Source of the DNA: an uncultured bacterium
Lineage (GTDB): Bacteria; Bdellovibrionota; JACOXK01; 2-02-FULL-40-11
DNA length: 61,661 nt
Assembly: GCA_964371555.1 (NCBI GenBank)
Contig: CAYJMQ010000001.1
Coordinates: 10,882 to 72,542 of the forward strand
Direction: 5' to 3'
Shown: positions 1 to 8,169 of the stretch, piece by piece
How the letters are laid out: the number at the start of each line of letters is the position of its first letter
Position numbering within the stretch: position 1 is the first letter of the stretch
Notes under the pieces: model-generated
Databases searched by the model: none
What the model saw: the letters and a program-made list of their open reading frames with translations, nothing else
What the model was told of the DNA's origin: nothing
Position numbers and translations under genes: made by a program

Positions 1-391
1 CGCAAACGCGATGGCGCAGAAAGCCGCTATCGCGGCATTGACGACGTTTCAGGATGGGGTTCTTGCGATGGTCAAAGAATTTGACCGGCGGCGTCAGGTC
101 GGTTTGGAGGGTTTTTCTCTTATGAAAGAGGCCAACTGTTTCCGGCCCGAGGGGGCCTTTTATTTCTTTGCCGATTTTTCAAACTATTACCGTCGATCTT
201 ATAAAGGGAACCGAATCAAAAATTCAGAGGATTTATGCGCCTTTCTCCTGGAAGAAGGCCGTGTGGCTGTCATTCCCGGGAAGGAATTTGGATCTGACAA
301 GCACTTAAGATTTTCATTTGCGACCTCCGAAGAGAACATTCGCCAGGCGATGATCCGCGTTCAGGAGACACTGGAAAAACTAAAAAAGTAA
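1..391 (+). CDS. PLP-dependent class I/II aminotransferase (aspartate aminotransferase-like), C-terminal fragment; 5' end outside window
   Basis: Frame is open to the window edge. The C-terminal stretch GRVAVIPGKEFGSDKHLRFSFATSEENIRQAM is typical of AspC-type aminotransferase C-termini. Confidence 0.8.
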   Translation, partial: ANAMAQKAAIAALTTFQDGVLAMVKEFDRRRQVGLEGFSLMKEANCFRPEGAFYFFADFSNYYRRSYKGNRIKNSEDLCAFLLEEGRVAVIPGKEFGSDKHLRFSFATSEENIRQAMIRVQETLEKLKK

Positions 392-398
392 TCCAGTC

Positions 399-427
399 GA
401 CACGCCATTTCGAAGAAATGGTGTGTC
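399..427. terminator. Palindromic hairpin GACACGCCATTTC-GAA-GAAATGGTGTGTC between convergent 3' ends; REP-like, second copy at 41515-41543
   Basis: A stem of about 12 bp was read directly. It lies between the stops at 391 and 438. There is no clear T-run, so terminator function is positional inference only. Confidence 0.45.
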
Positions 428-437
428 AGCTTCATCT

Positions 438-719
438 TCACTCCCCCGGTGTTACTTTCTGGATTTCTTTCAGGTTCAAATAGGTATCTTCTATCGTTTT
501 TTCGGAGGCAGGGGTCGGTCCGCAAATGACATCTCTCAACAGCCCTTGCACCGCGTGAATATCATCTGTTAAGCGCTCTATCGCATAACTTGAAGGGGGG
601 GGGATAGGGGGGACAGGATTTGCCGGCGCCCGGTTCATTTTGGCGATGGCTCGCTCCGTAAAAATAAAGAATAAAAATGAAAAAACAAACAGAAATATTT
701 TTTTATTGAGGTCAGTCAT
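438..719 (-). CDS. Small secreted hypothetical protein (93 aa)
   Basis: N-terminal signal-like segment KKIFLFVFSFLFFIFTERAIA followed by a Pro-rich stretch. No recognised domain. Confidence 0.45.
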   Translation of the reverse strand: MTDLNKKIFLFVFSFLFFIFTERAIAKMNRAPANPVPPIPPPSSYAIERLTDDIHAVQGLLRDVICGPTPASEKTIEDTYLNLKEIQKVTPGE

Positions 720-1012
720 ATCCCCTCATTAAAATTTCATTAAAAATCGAAATCCCCCTTTTAAAGATTTCAAAAAGAACGAACGATACCTACCCATATT
801 CAGGTGCAATCACGATGCCAGGGGAGGTGTTCAAAAATTGAGCTGAGAAATCAAAAGGATAGAAAAAAACTTACAGATTTTGTCACTTTTGATGCTCTGT
901 AAAAGGTGACCAGGTTATAAAGCACATATTTAATAAGTCATTGAAATTTAACAGCTTTCCAGATCTGTCATTTTTAATACACACTGATTAATTTTTTTGC
1001 GCTTTGGCGCTT

Positions 1013-1150
1013 TCAGGAGTGTCGCATAAAACTTCGAAGCAGTTTTAGGGCTTGCTGATCCTCGAGGCACTCTTCCCCTTTGGGGGTTTCAAGAACCATC
1101 GGAATATTTTCAAACCGTCTGTCATTCATCAATAATTGATATGTGAGCGC
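1013..1150 (-). pseudogene. nfo: 3'-terminal remnant of endonuclease IV (nfo); only the last ~45 codons remain
   Basis: The minus-strand frame reads ALTYQLLMNDRRFENIPMVLETPKGEE..*, matching the E. coli Nfo C-terminus [20 protein letters not shown]. It is bounded upstream by an in-frame TAG at 1151-1153. The rest of the gene is missing because dedA starts at 1250. Confidence 0.55.
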
Positions 1151-1167
1151 CTAGCCGCATGGTCTTT

Positions 1168-1203
1168 CCATGAATGTGGCCATGAATGTGGCCATGAATG
1201 GGG
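1168..1203. repeat. 12-bp tandem repeat x3 (CCATGAATGTGG)
   Basis: Direct reading gives two perfect units plus one with a single change. It lies in the noncoding or relic region upstream of dedA. Confidence 0.9.
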
Positions 1204-1249
1204 TGATTTTTCTTTTCATTTTGTTTCCTCTATCTCTATAATACAAACC

Positions 1250-1948
1250 ATGCGTTCAAAAAACATAAAAATAGGGTGGGGATTATTCTTTTTTATTCTC
1301 ATTCTTGCCATCTATTTTTTTACGCCGGCCAAGAATTATTTTTCGCGTGAGAATTTCGATGTTTTAAGAAAAATGGTTGAGGATCAGGGGGCTTATGCCC
1401 CCCTGGTCTTTATTGGCCTTTATGTGGCTGTCGCCATTCTTTGCCTGCCGGGATCGATCCTCACCATTCTTTCCGGCCTTATTTTTGGTGTCTGGGAAGG
1501 GACTCTTTATGTGGTCATCGGGGCGAATTTGGGCGCGTTTGCAACCTTTCTGATTGCGAGGCGCGTCGGGAGACACACCATTGAAAGATTTTTGCAGGGG
1601 CGCCGCCCGCAGGGCCGGCTGCTAAAACTCGATCGAAAGATTGAGGCAGGGGGATTCACTGTGGTTTTATGGCTGAGACTGATTCCTGTGATTCCCTATA
1701 ATCTTTTGAACTACGCGATCGGTCTTACCAAAGTTCGTCTCAAAGATTGTCTATTGGGAAATCTCTTGGGGATGCTCCCCGGTATTTTTGTTTATGTCAG
1801 TCTTGGCAATGCGGCGTCCCAGCTTTCTCTGACCGATCCCCGGGTTTGGACAAAGATCGAGGTGTGGGGTCCCTTTGTGCTTGTTATTCTGCTTTCGCTG
1901 ATTCCCAGGATCATAAAAATATGGAGGAAAGATGCGCCAAAATTATGA
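1250..1948 (+). CDS. DedA / TVP38-TMEM64 (SNARE-associated) family membrane protein
   Basis: Multi-pass membrane protein with the family-typical stretch LRLIPVIPYNLLNYAIGLT. ATG at 1250 was chosen; the upstream TTG at 1136 would add a His/Cys repeat. TATAAT at 1237-1242 suggests a near-leaderless start. Confidence 0.8.
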   Translation: MRSKNIKIGWGLFFFILILAIYFFTPAKNYFSRENFDVLRKMVEDQGAYAPLVFIGLYVAVAILCLPGSILTILSGLIFGVWEGTLYVVIGANLGAFATFLIARRVGRHTIERFLQGRRPQGRLLKLDRKIEAGGFTVVLWLRLIPVIPYNLLNYAIGLTKVRLKDCLLGNLLGMLPGIFVYVSLGNAASQLSLTDPRVWTKIEVWGPFVLVILLSLIPRIIKIWRKDAPKL

Positions 1949-3359
1949 TCTGATTGTGATCGGAGGGGGATCCGCTGGATTGGTCTGCTCGGCAGGCGCT
2001 GCGGCGATCGGGGCGAAAGTGGCGCTGATTGAGAAGAAAAAACTGGGGGGCGATTGTCTCAATACCGGTTGTGTCCCTTCAAAAGCGCTTATTCGATCAG
2101 CCAAGGTTATCCATACGCTAAGATCAGCGGAACAATTTGGAATCCGGGAGTGTCAGTTTGAATTTGATTTTTCAGACATTATGCGGCGTGTTAAAAATGT
2201 GCAGGGGACGATTGAGCCGCACGATTCGCCTGAAAGATTTAAGGGGCTGGGGGTTGATGTCAAATTCGGAAACTATTCTTTCAAGAGCGCTCACGAACTG
2301 ACAAATGGCGAGCATACCCTTTTTGGAAAACGAATTGTCATCGCAACAGGATCTTCTCCGGTTGTCCCTCCCGTCCCTGGCTGTGAAGAAGCGAAATGCC
2401 TGACGAGTGAAAATATTTGGGATATTCAATCGCTGCCAAAGCGATTTGTCATTATAGGCGGGGGTCCGATCGGTTCTGAACTGGCGCACGCTTTTTCAAG
2501 ATTTGGCAGTAAAGTAACCCTGATCGATTTTGCCCCCGGAATTCTGATGCGTGAGGATCCCGACTTGAAAGCGGTGATTGAGTCCCAATTCCAAAAAGAG
2601 GGGATTCAGTGTCGTTTCAGCGCGAAGGTTCAGCGTATTTTGCATGCGGCGACGCATCATATTGTGTCGATAGAAACTTCGGGGAGGGAAGAAAATTTTG
2701 AGTGCGACGCGATTTTTTTAGCCGTTGGAAGAAAGGCGAATACAGGCGGACTTGGGCTTGAGAAAGTTGGGATTGAGATGAATGAGCGGGGCATTGTCAT
2801 AAACGATTATGGTCAGACCTCTTTGAAGCATATCTATGCCTGTGGCGATGTGGCGGGCTCTTATCAGTTTACGCATTTTGCCGATTATCAGGCGAGAAGG
2901 GTTCTTCGAAACGCGCTTTTTCCCGGCAGGGCGAGGGTGGTCACTGATGTGGTCCCCTGGTGCACGTTTACCGATCCGGAACTTGCGCGTGTGGGGCTTT
3001 CAGAAACTGAAGCGAAGCAGAGAAAAATCGCGCATGATGTTTATAAGTACGAAATTTCCGAACTCGATCGGGCTGTTTGCGAGGGAGAAACCGCCGGGCT
3101 TGTAAAGGTGATTACAAAAAAATCTTCAGATAAAATTTTAGGGGCGGCCATTGTCGGGCCTCATGCGGGCGATCTGATTCAGGAACTTGTTTTGGCGCTT
3201 CAAAAAGGGATCGGACTAAAGACCCTTGCTTCGACGATGCATCCCTATCCGACGATGGCAGAGGTCTCAAAAAAGGTGAGCGAAGTCTGGCTGCGGAGCC
3301 TCTTAAAACCGTGGATGATAAAAATCCTTCAGGTTTATTTTCGAATGTTATTTCGTTAA
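1932..3359 (+). CDS. FAD-dependent pyridine nucleotide-disulfide oxidoreductase (dihydrolipoyl dehydrogenase / mercuric reductase-like)
   Basis: N-terminal GxGxxG (IVIGGGSAGL), redox-active disulfide GGDCLNTGCVPSK, second Rossmann motif GGGPIGSE, and a C-terminal dimerisation domain (HPYPTMAE). It overlaps dedA by 17 nt. Confidence 0.9.
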   Translation: MRQNYDLIVIGGGSAGLVCSAGAAAIGAKVALIEKKKLGGDCLNTGCVPSKALIRSAKVIHTLRSAEQFGIRECQFEFDFSDIMRRVKNVQGTIEPHDSPERFKGLGVDVKFGNYSFKSAHELTNGEHTLFGKRIVIATGSSPVVPPVPGCEEAKCLTSENIWDIQSLPKRFVIIGGGPIGSELAHAFSRFGSKVTLIDFAPGILMREDPDLKAVIESQFQKEGIQCRFSAKVQRILHAATHHIVSIETSGREENFECDAIFLAVGRKANTGGLGLEKVGIEMNERGIVINDYGQTSLKHIYACGDVAGSYQFTHFADYQARRVLRNALFPGRARVVTDVVPWCTFTDPELARVGLSETEAKQRKIAHDVYKYEISELDRAVCEGETAGLVKVITKKSSDKILGAAIVGPHAGDLIQELVLALQKGIGLKTLASTMHPYPTMAEVSKKVSEVWLRSLLKPWMIKILQVYFRMLFR

Positions 3360-3772
3360 CCAAAGAATTTTTTATGTTCTATCAAAAGACAACGATCCAT
3401 AACCACATCCATTCCATTGGATATCGCTTTTTGCGCGGCCTGCTCGTGTTCCAACCCGAGCTGCATCCAGACTGCTTTGGCCCCAATTTTAATCGCTTGG
3501 TCAACAATTTCCGGAATGAATTCGACACGGCGGAAGATATCGACAATGTCAATCGGGAATGGGATTTCTGAAAGTGAGGTGTACGCTTTCTCCCCCAGTA
3601 CTTCTTCTGTGTCCGGGCGGACGGGTACAATCTTATACCCTTTGGACTGCAGGTAGCTTGATACCTCATAGCTCGGTTTCGTGGGATCGGGAGAGAGACC
3701 CACAACGGCAATTGTTTTTGTTTGCTCAAGAAGCGCTTTGATTTGTGAGTCTTGGGTCAGTATGCTGGTCAT
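3356..3772 (-). CDS. CoA-binding domain protein (YccU/YneT-like)
   Basis: TIAVVGLSPDPTKPSYEVSSYLQSKGYKIVPVRP is a typical CoA-binding fold N-terminus. Start taken at the internal ATG (MTSILTQ). Confidence 0.75.
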   Translation of the reverse strand: MTSILTQDSQIKALLEQTKTIAVVGLSPDPTKPSYEVSSYLQSKGYKIVPVRPDTEEVLGEKAYTSLSEIPFPIDIVDIFRRVEFIPEIVDQAIKIGAKAVWMQLGLEHEQAAQKAISNGMDVVMDRCLLIEHKKFFG

Positions 3773-3914
3773 GCGGTAGCTATAGATGCTTTTTAGGATC
3801 AAATGCAACTTCAAAATTTTTCATTTGATTATCGGGGTAAGTCATTGGGGGGCAAATTTTCTTGACAGGAAGGGGGGCAATTGTTACGGAAAATTTTGAG
3901 ATATCTATTTTTTT

Positions 3915-4187
3915 ATGAATAAAATCGAACTGATTTCGAAAATTGCCCGGGAAAATGGAGTGAGCCAGGTTGAAGCGGAAAAGATGATGGTGAGCATCAC
4001 CGATATCATTACAAACTCTCTTAAAAAGGGGGAAAAAGTGGTCTGGACCGGTTTTGGCACTTTTTTGGTGAGCCGAAGGGGCGAACGGAATGGCCGAAAT
4101 CCCCATACCGGTGAGACAATTCGCATTCCTGCCTCCTGTGTCCCCTGGTTTCGGGCAGGGAAAGAGTTTAAAAAGATTGTCAGTTGA
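3915..4187 (+). CDS. hup: HU/IHF-family nucleoid DNA-binding protein
   Basis: 90 aa. MNKIELISKIA...GFGTFLVSRRGERNGRNPHTGETIRIPA is the classic HU arm motif. Confidence 0.9.
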   Translation: MNKIELISKIARENGVSQVEAEKMMVSITDIITNSLKKGEKVVWTGFGTFLVSRRGERNGRNPHTGETIRIPASCVPWFRAGKEFKKIVS

Positions 4188-4950
4188 CCTTGAAGCTCTC
4201 TACCGAAAGTACAATCGCAGAGAATTCGTCCATCCCGATCCCCTCGAATTTCTCTATGCCTTTTCTGATCTTTATGACCGTGAAATTGTGGGTCTGATTG
4301 TTTCTACGCTGGCCTATGGGCGTGTGGAACAGATTTTAAAGAGCTGTCGGGCAGTTCTTAAGGAACTTGGATGCTCTCCGCGTCGCACGCTTGAGCAATT
4401 TTCATCTGTGAAAATTCAAAAAATGACAAAATCTTTTCGGCATCGATTTACAACCGGTGATGATCTATCAGCGCTTCTTCTCGGAATTAAATCAGCTATT
4501 TCCAAATATGGTTCGCTTTATGAGTGTTTTTTGGACGGCTACCGCCGTCATCATTCTAATCTTCTTTTGTCATTGATCTCATTTCAGAAAGAAATAACTG
4601 GCTCTTATAGGCATTGCGGGGTTCGGCTTTTGCCGAGCCCCGCAAAACTGAGCGCCTGCAAACGGCTCCATCTTTTTTTGCGATGGATGGTTCGAAAGGA
4701 CGCGGTTGATCCGGGCGGTTGGGATGAAATTCCCCCCTCGAAGCTTCTCATCCCTCTGGATGTTCATATGCACCGGATTTCTCTTCATCTTGGCTTCACG
4801 AACCGCAAATCGGCCGATTTAGAGACTGTTCTAGAAGTTACGAAAGCATTTTCCGAGATTTCTCCAGACGATCCTGTGAAGTATGATTTTGTACTGACGA
4901 GATTCGGCATTAGAAAAGATTTTAAAGTTGCATCTATTTTTGAAAAATGA
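4177..4950 (+). CDS. TIGR02757 (DUF2400) family protein
   Basis: SACKRLHLFLRWMVRKD...LIPLDVHMHR...DPVKYDFVLTRFG matches the family signature. Start is uncertain: TTG at 4177, or ATG at 4090 which would overlap hup by 98 nt. Confidence 0.7.
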   Translation: MSVDLEALYRKYNRREFVHPDPLEFLYAFSDLYDREIVGLIVSTLAYGRVEQILKSCRAVLKELGCSPRRTLEQFSSVKIQKMTKSFRHRFTTGDDLSALLLGIKSAISKYGSLYECFLDGYRRHHSNLLLSLISFQKEITGSYRHCGVRLLPSPAKLSACKRLHLFLRWMVRKDAVDPGGWDEIPPSKLLIPLDVHMHRISLHLGFTNRKSADLETVLEVTKAFSEISPDDPVKYDFVLTRFGIRKDFKVASIFEK

Positions 4951-4952
4951 TG

Positions 4953-5627
4953 CTAAAAATCATATCTCAATCCGAGACTGACATTATTGATTTGCAATTC
5001 CATATCGTAGGCTAGCCCAACTGCATCCTCTAACTTCAGATCGGAAGAATTGAAATATCGATAGTCCAACAAAATCGTTAATGGCTGAAATATGTTATAG
5101 CCGATACCAGCGCCTATTTGATAGGCAAAAACATGATCATGGTCATCTGTGGCTACGATTTGGAGATTGGGAACGTTTTTGCCATCGTTTGAGACTGTTG
5201 CGCTTCCGATCCCTCCGCCGGCATATGGTTTTAAATCTCCGCCGAGATCAAAGTCGTAGAAGATATTGGCCATAAAACTCAGCGCCGAAATGTGACCGTC
5301 CACCTCAGCGTGTTTGCCATTGAGAAACCCAATATTGCCATCATTAATGATCTCGACCTCATTGTGATCGGCTTTGCGATAGGATATTTCGCCTTCCGTC
5401 CGTATGCCGATTTCAAATCCGTATCCCGCGGATGCAGCAACGATATATCCAAGATCGAAGCTGGACTTTGCCTTGGATCCATCTCCGCTTGTGTCCGTGA
5501 TTGTGGACTCATTCACAGCGCTGGCTCCGCCCAGACCGCTCATATACAAACCTTTTGCATTGCTGGTATTAGAGGTCAAAAGTCCTATGACAATGGCAAT
5601 CAAAAATATTATAAATTGTTTTTTCAT
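4953..5627 (-). CDS. Outer-membrane beta-barrel protein (OmpA-like/OmpW-like porin family)
   Basis: Signal peptide MKKQFIIFLIAIVIGLLTSNTSNA, alternating beta-strand pattern, and C-terminal LGLRYDF ending in Phe. Confidence 0.75.
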   Translation of the reverse strand: MKKQFIIFLIAIVIGLLTSNTSNAKGLYMSGLGGASAVNESTITDTSGDGSKAKSSFDLGYIVAASAGYGFEIGIRTEGEISYRKADHNEVEIINDGNIGFLNGKHAEVDGHISALSFMANIFYDFDLGGDLKPYAGGGIGSATVSNDGKNVPNLQIVATDDHDHVFAYQIGAGIGYNIFQPLTILLDYRYFNSSDLKLEDAVGLAYDMELQINNVSLGLRYDF

Positions 5628-5786
5628 CTTGCTTCTTTCTCCCATGAATTAATGCCGTCCTTTTGCTTTCCTGCGTTTAATTTCAACCAGAAGCTTGTCA
5701 TAGATGATCACCGTGTGTCAATACAAATGACCTTGAAATCACTAGGGACTTGGTGATAAATTTTCTCTCTTGACCCTTTACAGATG

Positions 5787-6695
5787 GTTGATCAGGCATT
5801 AGGAACGATGGAATTTGGGCGGGTGATTAAAAAATGAAAGAAAAGACCATTTCAGAGTTAGCAAAAGAATTATATGAGGCAATGACGGATCCTGAAATAG
5901 GAGAAAGACAGTGGAATAGATCAGATGACGAAGATAAAAAAATTGAAGAGTTCTGCGCACGTGTTCAAGATAAGAAAAAAATATCTGACGCATTTATTGA
6001 GATGTATTTTCAGTATCGGCGGCCTCTCTATTATTTTAATCTTTTTTATTTTCTGAAGAAATATGCCAATTGGAAAGATTTTATAGAACGTATCCGGAAT
6101 GAATATCACACGCTTATCAATGCGTTTGATAAAGAAAAACCGAACGAAAAAAATGACGTGCTCATTGATGAAGATTGGGATATCTTAAAACATGAGGAAA
6201 ACTTACCCTATCCTTCTGAATTATTTAAATCGCGTGTGGAGTATTTTTTGCAAAAACAAGATTACAAGAAAGCAGACGGCTATCTTTCTCTTTTTTATGA
6301 GAAGGGCAAAGAGGGGGCTGAATATATTTCAGAGAATGTTAGGATTTTTTTTAAGAAATACGAAGAACTTAAAAAAGCAGGGGAAACCGATGATCAGAAT
6401 ATATTTGGTCTTATCTGTGGTTTACTGCGTGGGCTTATGTATGATGGTTCTGCCAAGTGGAGTATATCTTTATTTCGAGAGTTTATTTCGAAAGATTTAC
6501 GGTTTCTTTCTGAGGCCAGGCAGCTTATGGCAAAAGTTATAGGGCGACTCGATGACCTACATCCCCTGGATCCAATGAGAGAAAAGCCATTTTTTTTAGA
6601 ATCAGACAAAGAAATTCTCAAAGCCTTCTTCAAAGAAATATCTTTGCATGGTGTGAAGAAATAGCAGCGTTTGAACGGATGAATCCTGCAACGCC
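5787..6695 (+). repeat. Direct repeat R1 (partner R2 at 6857-7782)
   Basis: Shared left edge TTGATCAGGCATTAGGAACGATGG and shared right edge GATGAATCCTGCAACGCC. 6206-6695 is identical to 7293-7782 by eye, and the 5' part is diverged. Confidence 0.9.
5834..6664 (+). CDS. Hypothetical protein, paralogue 1 (276 aa)
   Basis: Long ORF with no recognised domain. The C-terminal ~150 aa are identical to the 6903-7751 product. Confidence 0.7.
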   Translation: MKEKTISELAKELYEAMTDPEIGERQWNRSDDEDKKIEEFCARVQDKKKISDAFIEMYFQYRRPLYYFNLFYFLKKYANWKDFIERIRNEYHTLINAFDKEKPNEKNDVLIDEDWDILKHEENLPYPSELFKSRVEYFLQKQDYKKADGYLSLFYEKGKEGAEYISENVRIFFKKYEELKKAGETDDQNIFGLICGLLRGLMYDGSAKWSISLFREFISKDLRFLSEARQLMAKVIGRLDDLHPLDPMREKPFFLESDKEILKAFFKEISLHGVKK

Positions 6696-6856
6696 CATTA
6701 AAAGCGACTACCCTAACTTTCATGGAGATGGACTCACCTCCGGAAAAGCTCGGGAGTGGGATATCCAAAATTTGGATTATATTCAATATAAGGGAGAGTA
6801 CCACCTTTTTCCAGAGGGGTTTGTGGACCAATTTGACGAGGTTGATAAAATTCCTT

Positions 6857-7782
6857 TTGATCAGGCATTAGGAACGATGGAATTTGGACGGGTGATAAAG
6901 AAATGACAAAGAAGATGAGCCAAACTTTAGCAGATGAATTATATGAAGCCATAAAAACACCTGGAACTCAGTGGGATTTATCATCAAATCGAGATAAGGC
7001 GATTGAGGATTTCTGTGAACGTATTCAAGATAAACAAAAGATCTCCAAGGCATTTATTGAAATGTATTTACAGCGCAGACGGTCTATAGATCTAGATAAT
7101 AGAGCCTTGGATTTTTATTGTAATATTTTTTATTACATTAAAAAGTATGGAAACTGGGCAGAGTTTATAAAACGAATTGAAAAAGAATATAACACGCTTA
7201 TCAATGCGTTTGATAAAGAAAAACTGAACGAAAAAAATGACGTGCTCATTGATGAAGATTGGCATACTTTGAAAGCTGGGGGCATTCACTCTCCCTATCC
7301 TTCTGAATTATTTAAATCGCGTGTGGAGTATTTTTTGCAAAAACAAGATTACAAGAAAGCAGACGGCTATCTTTCTCTTTTTTATGAGAAGGGCAAAGAG
7401 GGGGCTGAATATATTTCAGAGAATGTTAGGATTTTTTTTAAGAAATACGAAGAACTTAAAAAAGCAGGGGAAACCGATGATCAGAATATATTTGGTCTTA
7501 TCTGTGGTTTACTGCGTGGGCTTATGTATGATGGTTCTGCCAAGTGGAGTATATCTTTATTTCGAGAGTTTATTTCGAAAGATTTACGGTTTCTTTCTGA
7601 GGCCAGGCAGCTTATGGCAAAAGTTATAGGGCGACTCGATGACCTACATCCCCTGGATCCAATGAGAGAAAAGCCATTTTTTTTAGAATCAGACAAAGAA
7701 ATTCTCAAAGCCTTCTTCAAAGAAATATCTTTGCATGGTGTGAAGAAATAGCAGCGTTTGAACGGATGAATCCTGCAACGCC
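6857..7782 (+). repeat. Direct repeat R2 (partner R1 at 5787-6695)
   Basis: See R1. It ends 32 nt from the 3' end of tRNA-Val. Confidence 0.9.
6903..7751 (+). CDS. Hypothetical protein, paralogue 2 (282 aa)
   Basis: Paralogue of 5834-6664 with a divergent N-terminal half and an identical C-terminal half. Confidence 0.7.
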   Translation: MTKKMSQTLADELYEAIKTPGTQWDLSSNRDKAIEDFCERIQDKQKISKAFIEMYLQRRRSIDLDNRALDFYCNIFYYIKKYGNWAEFIKRIEKEYNTLINAFDKEKLNEKNDVLIDEDWHTLKAGGIHSPYPSELFKSRVEYFLQKQDYKKADGYLSLFYEKGKEGAEYISENVRIFFKKYEELKKAGETDDQNIFGLICGLLRGLMYDGSAKWSISLFREFISKDLRFLSEARQLMAKVIGRLDDLHPLDPMREKPFFLESDKEILKAFFKEISLHGVKK

Positions 7783-7814
7783 TGCAAGAAGGCTGGTATT
7801 GGCCCTCCATCGGT

Positions 7815-7890
7815 TGGTAGGCGGAGAGGGACTCGAACCCACGACCCTCGCCTTGTAAGGGCGATGCTCTACCAACTGAGCTATCCGCCT
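7815..7890 (-). tRNA. tRNA-Val (anticodon TAC), CCA encoded
   Basis: The reverse complement folds as a 76-nt cloverleaf. Elements are acceptor AGGCGGA/TCCGCCT, D arm GCTC-AGTTGGTA-GAGC, anticodon arm TCGCC-CTTACAA-GGCGA, T arm GTGGG-TTCGAGT-CCCTC (one U-U mismatch) and terminal ACCA. Confidence 0.9.
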
Positions 7891-8019
7891 AAGGATAATA
7901 TTTCATATTGCGTGCCTCCTGTACTATTTTTAAATGAGAATGACAATGGTTTAAAAACAAGTGAGTCTTTTAATCCCGTTCCCAAAGCTGTTTTTAACAC
8001 ACTTACCGTCGGATATTTT

Positions 8020-8035
8020 ACACAATACGTTGTGT
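8020..8035 (+). promoter_or_regulatory. Candidate NrdR box (ACACAATACGTTGTGT)
   Basis: 16-bp palindrome matching about 14/16 positions of the published NrdR-box consensus acaCwAtATaTwGtgt, upstream of nrdJ. A weaker second site, ACACTACCTATTGATT, lies at 8061-8076. Confidence 0.4.
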
Positions 8036-8084
8036 TTTTTATTTAAAAAATAAGAAAAAGACACTACCTATTGATTATTTCCAT

Positions 8085-8113
8085 TGACACTCCTTTTCAA
8101 AATCCTTTACTAT
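8085..8113 (+). promoter_or_regulatory. Sigma70-like promoter TTGACA-N17-TACTAT for nrdJ
   Basis: The hexamers TTGACA (8085-8090) and TACTAT (8108-8113) are separated by 17 nt. The downstream end of the -10 lies 66 nt upstream of the GTG start. Confidence 0.5.
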
Positions 8114-8169
8114 TTTTATAGGAATATGGTTATTAAAAGCATTTTATAGGAATGTGGTTATTAAAAGCA
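8114..8169 (+). repeat. 28-bp tandem duplication (TTTTATAGGAATRTGGTTATTAAAAGCA x2) making up the nrdJ leader
   Basis: Two adjacent units differing at 1 nt. The array ends 10 nt before the GTG start, just upstream of the GGGGGA Shine-Dalgarno. Confidence 0.9.

Noticed and set aside
1136-1249. N-terminal extension of the DedA-family protein (listed ORF start 1136)
   Set aside because: The start would be TTG without a Shine-Dalgarno. The extension overlaps the nfo relic and a young tandem repeat, and TATAAT at 1237-1242 points to transcription starting near ATG 1250.
5292-5756. 154-aa plus-strand ORF
   Set aside because: It is antisense to the OMP gene (4953-5627), which has a signal peptide and a C-terminal Phe. 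No motifs are present.
6679-6906. 75-aa ORF in the spacer between repeats R1 and R2, ending in an ATGA overlap with paralogue 2
   Set aside because: Its first 6 codons come from the end of R1 and its last ~16 from the start of R2, so it may be a by-product of the repeat structure. It has no motif and no obvious Shine-Dalgarno. I kept it only as a remark under the paralogue finding.
8020-8045. ACACAA-TACG-TTGTGT followed by TTTTTT read as a rho-independent terminator
   Set aside because: No plus-strand gene ends upstream, because tRNA-Val is on the minus strand. The 6-bp A/U-rich stem is also weak. A position upstream of nrdJ and the match to the NrdR-box consensus fit an operator better.
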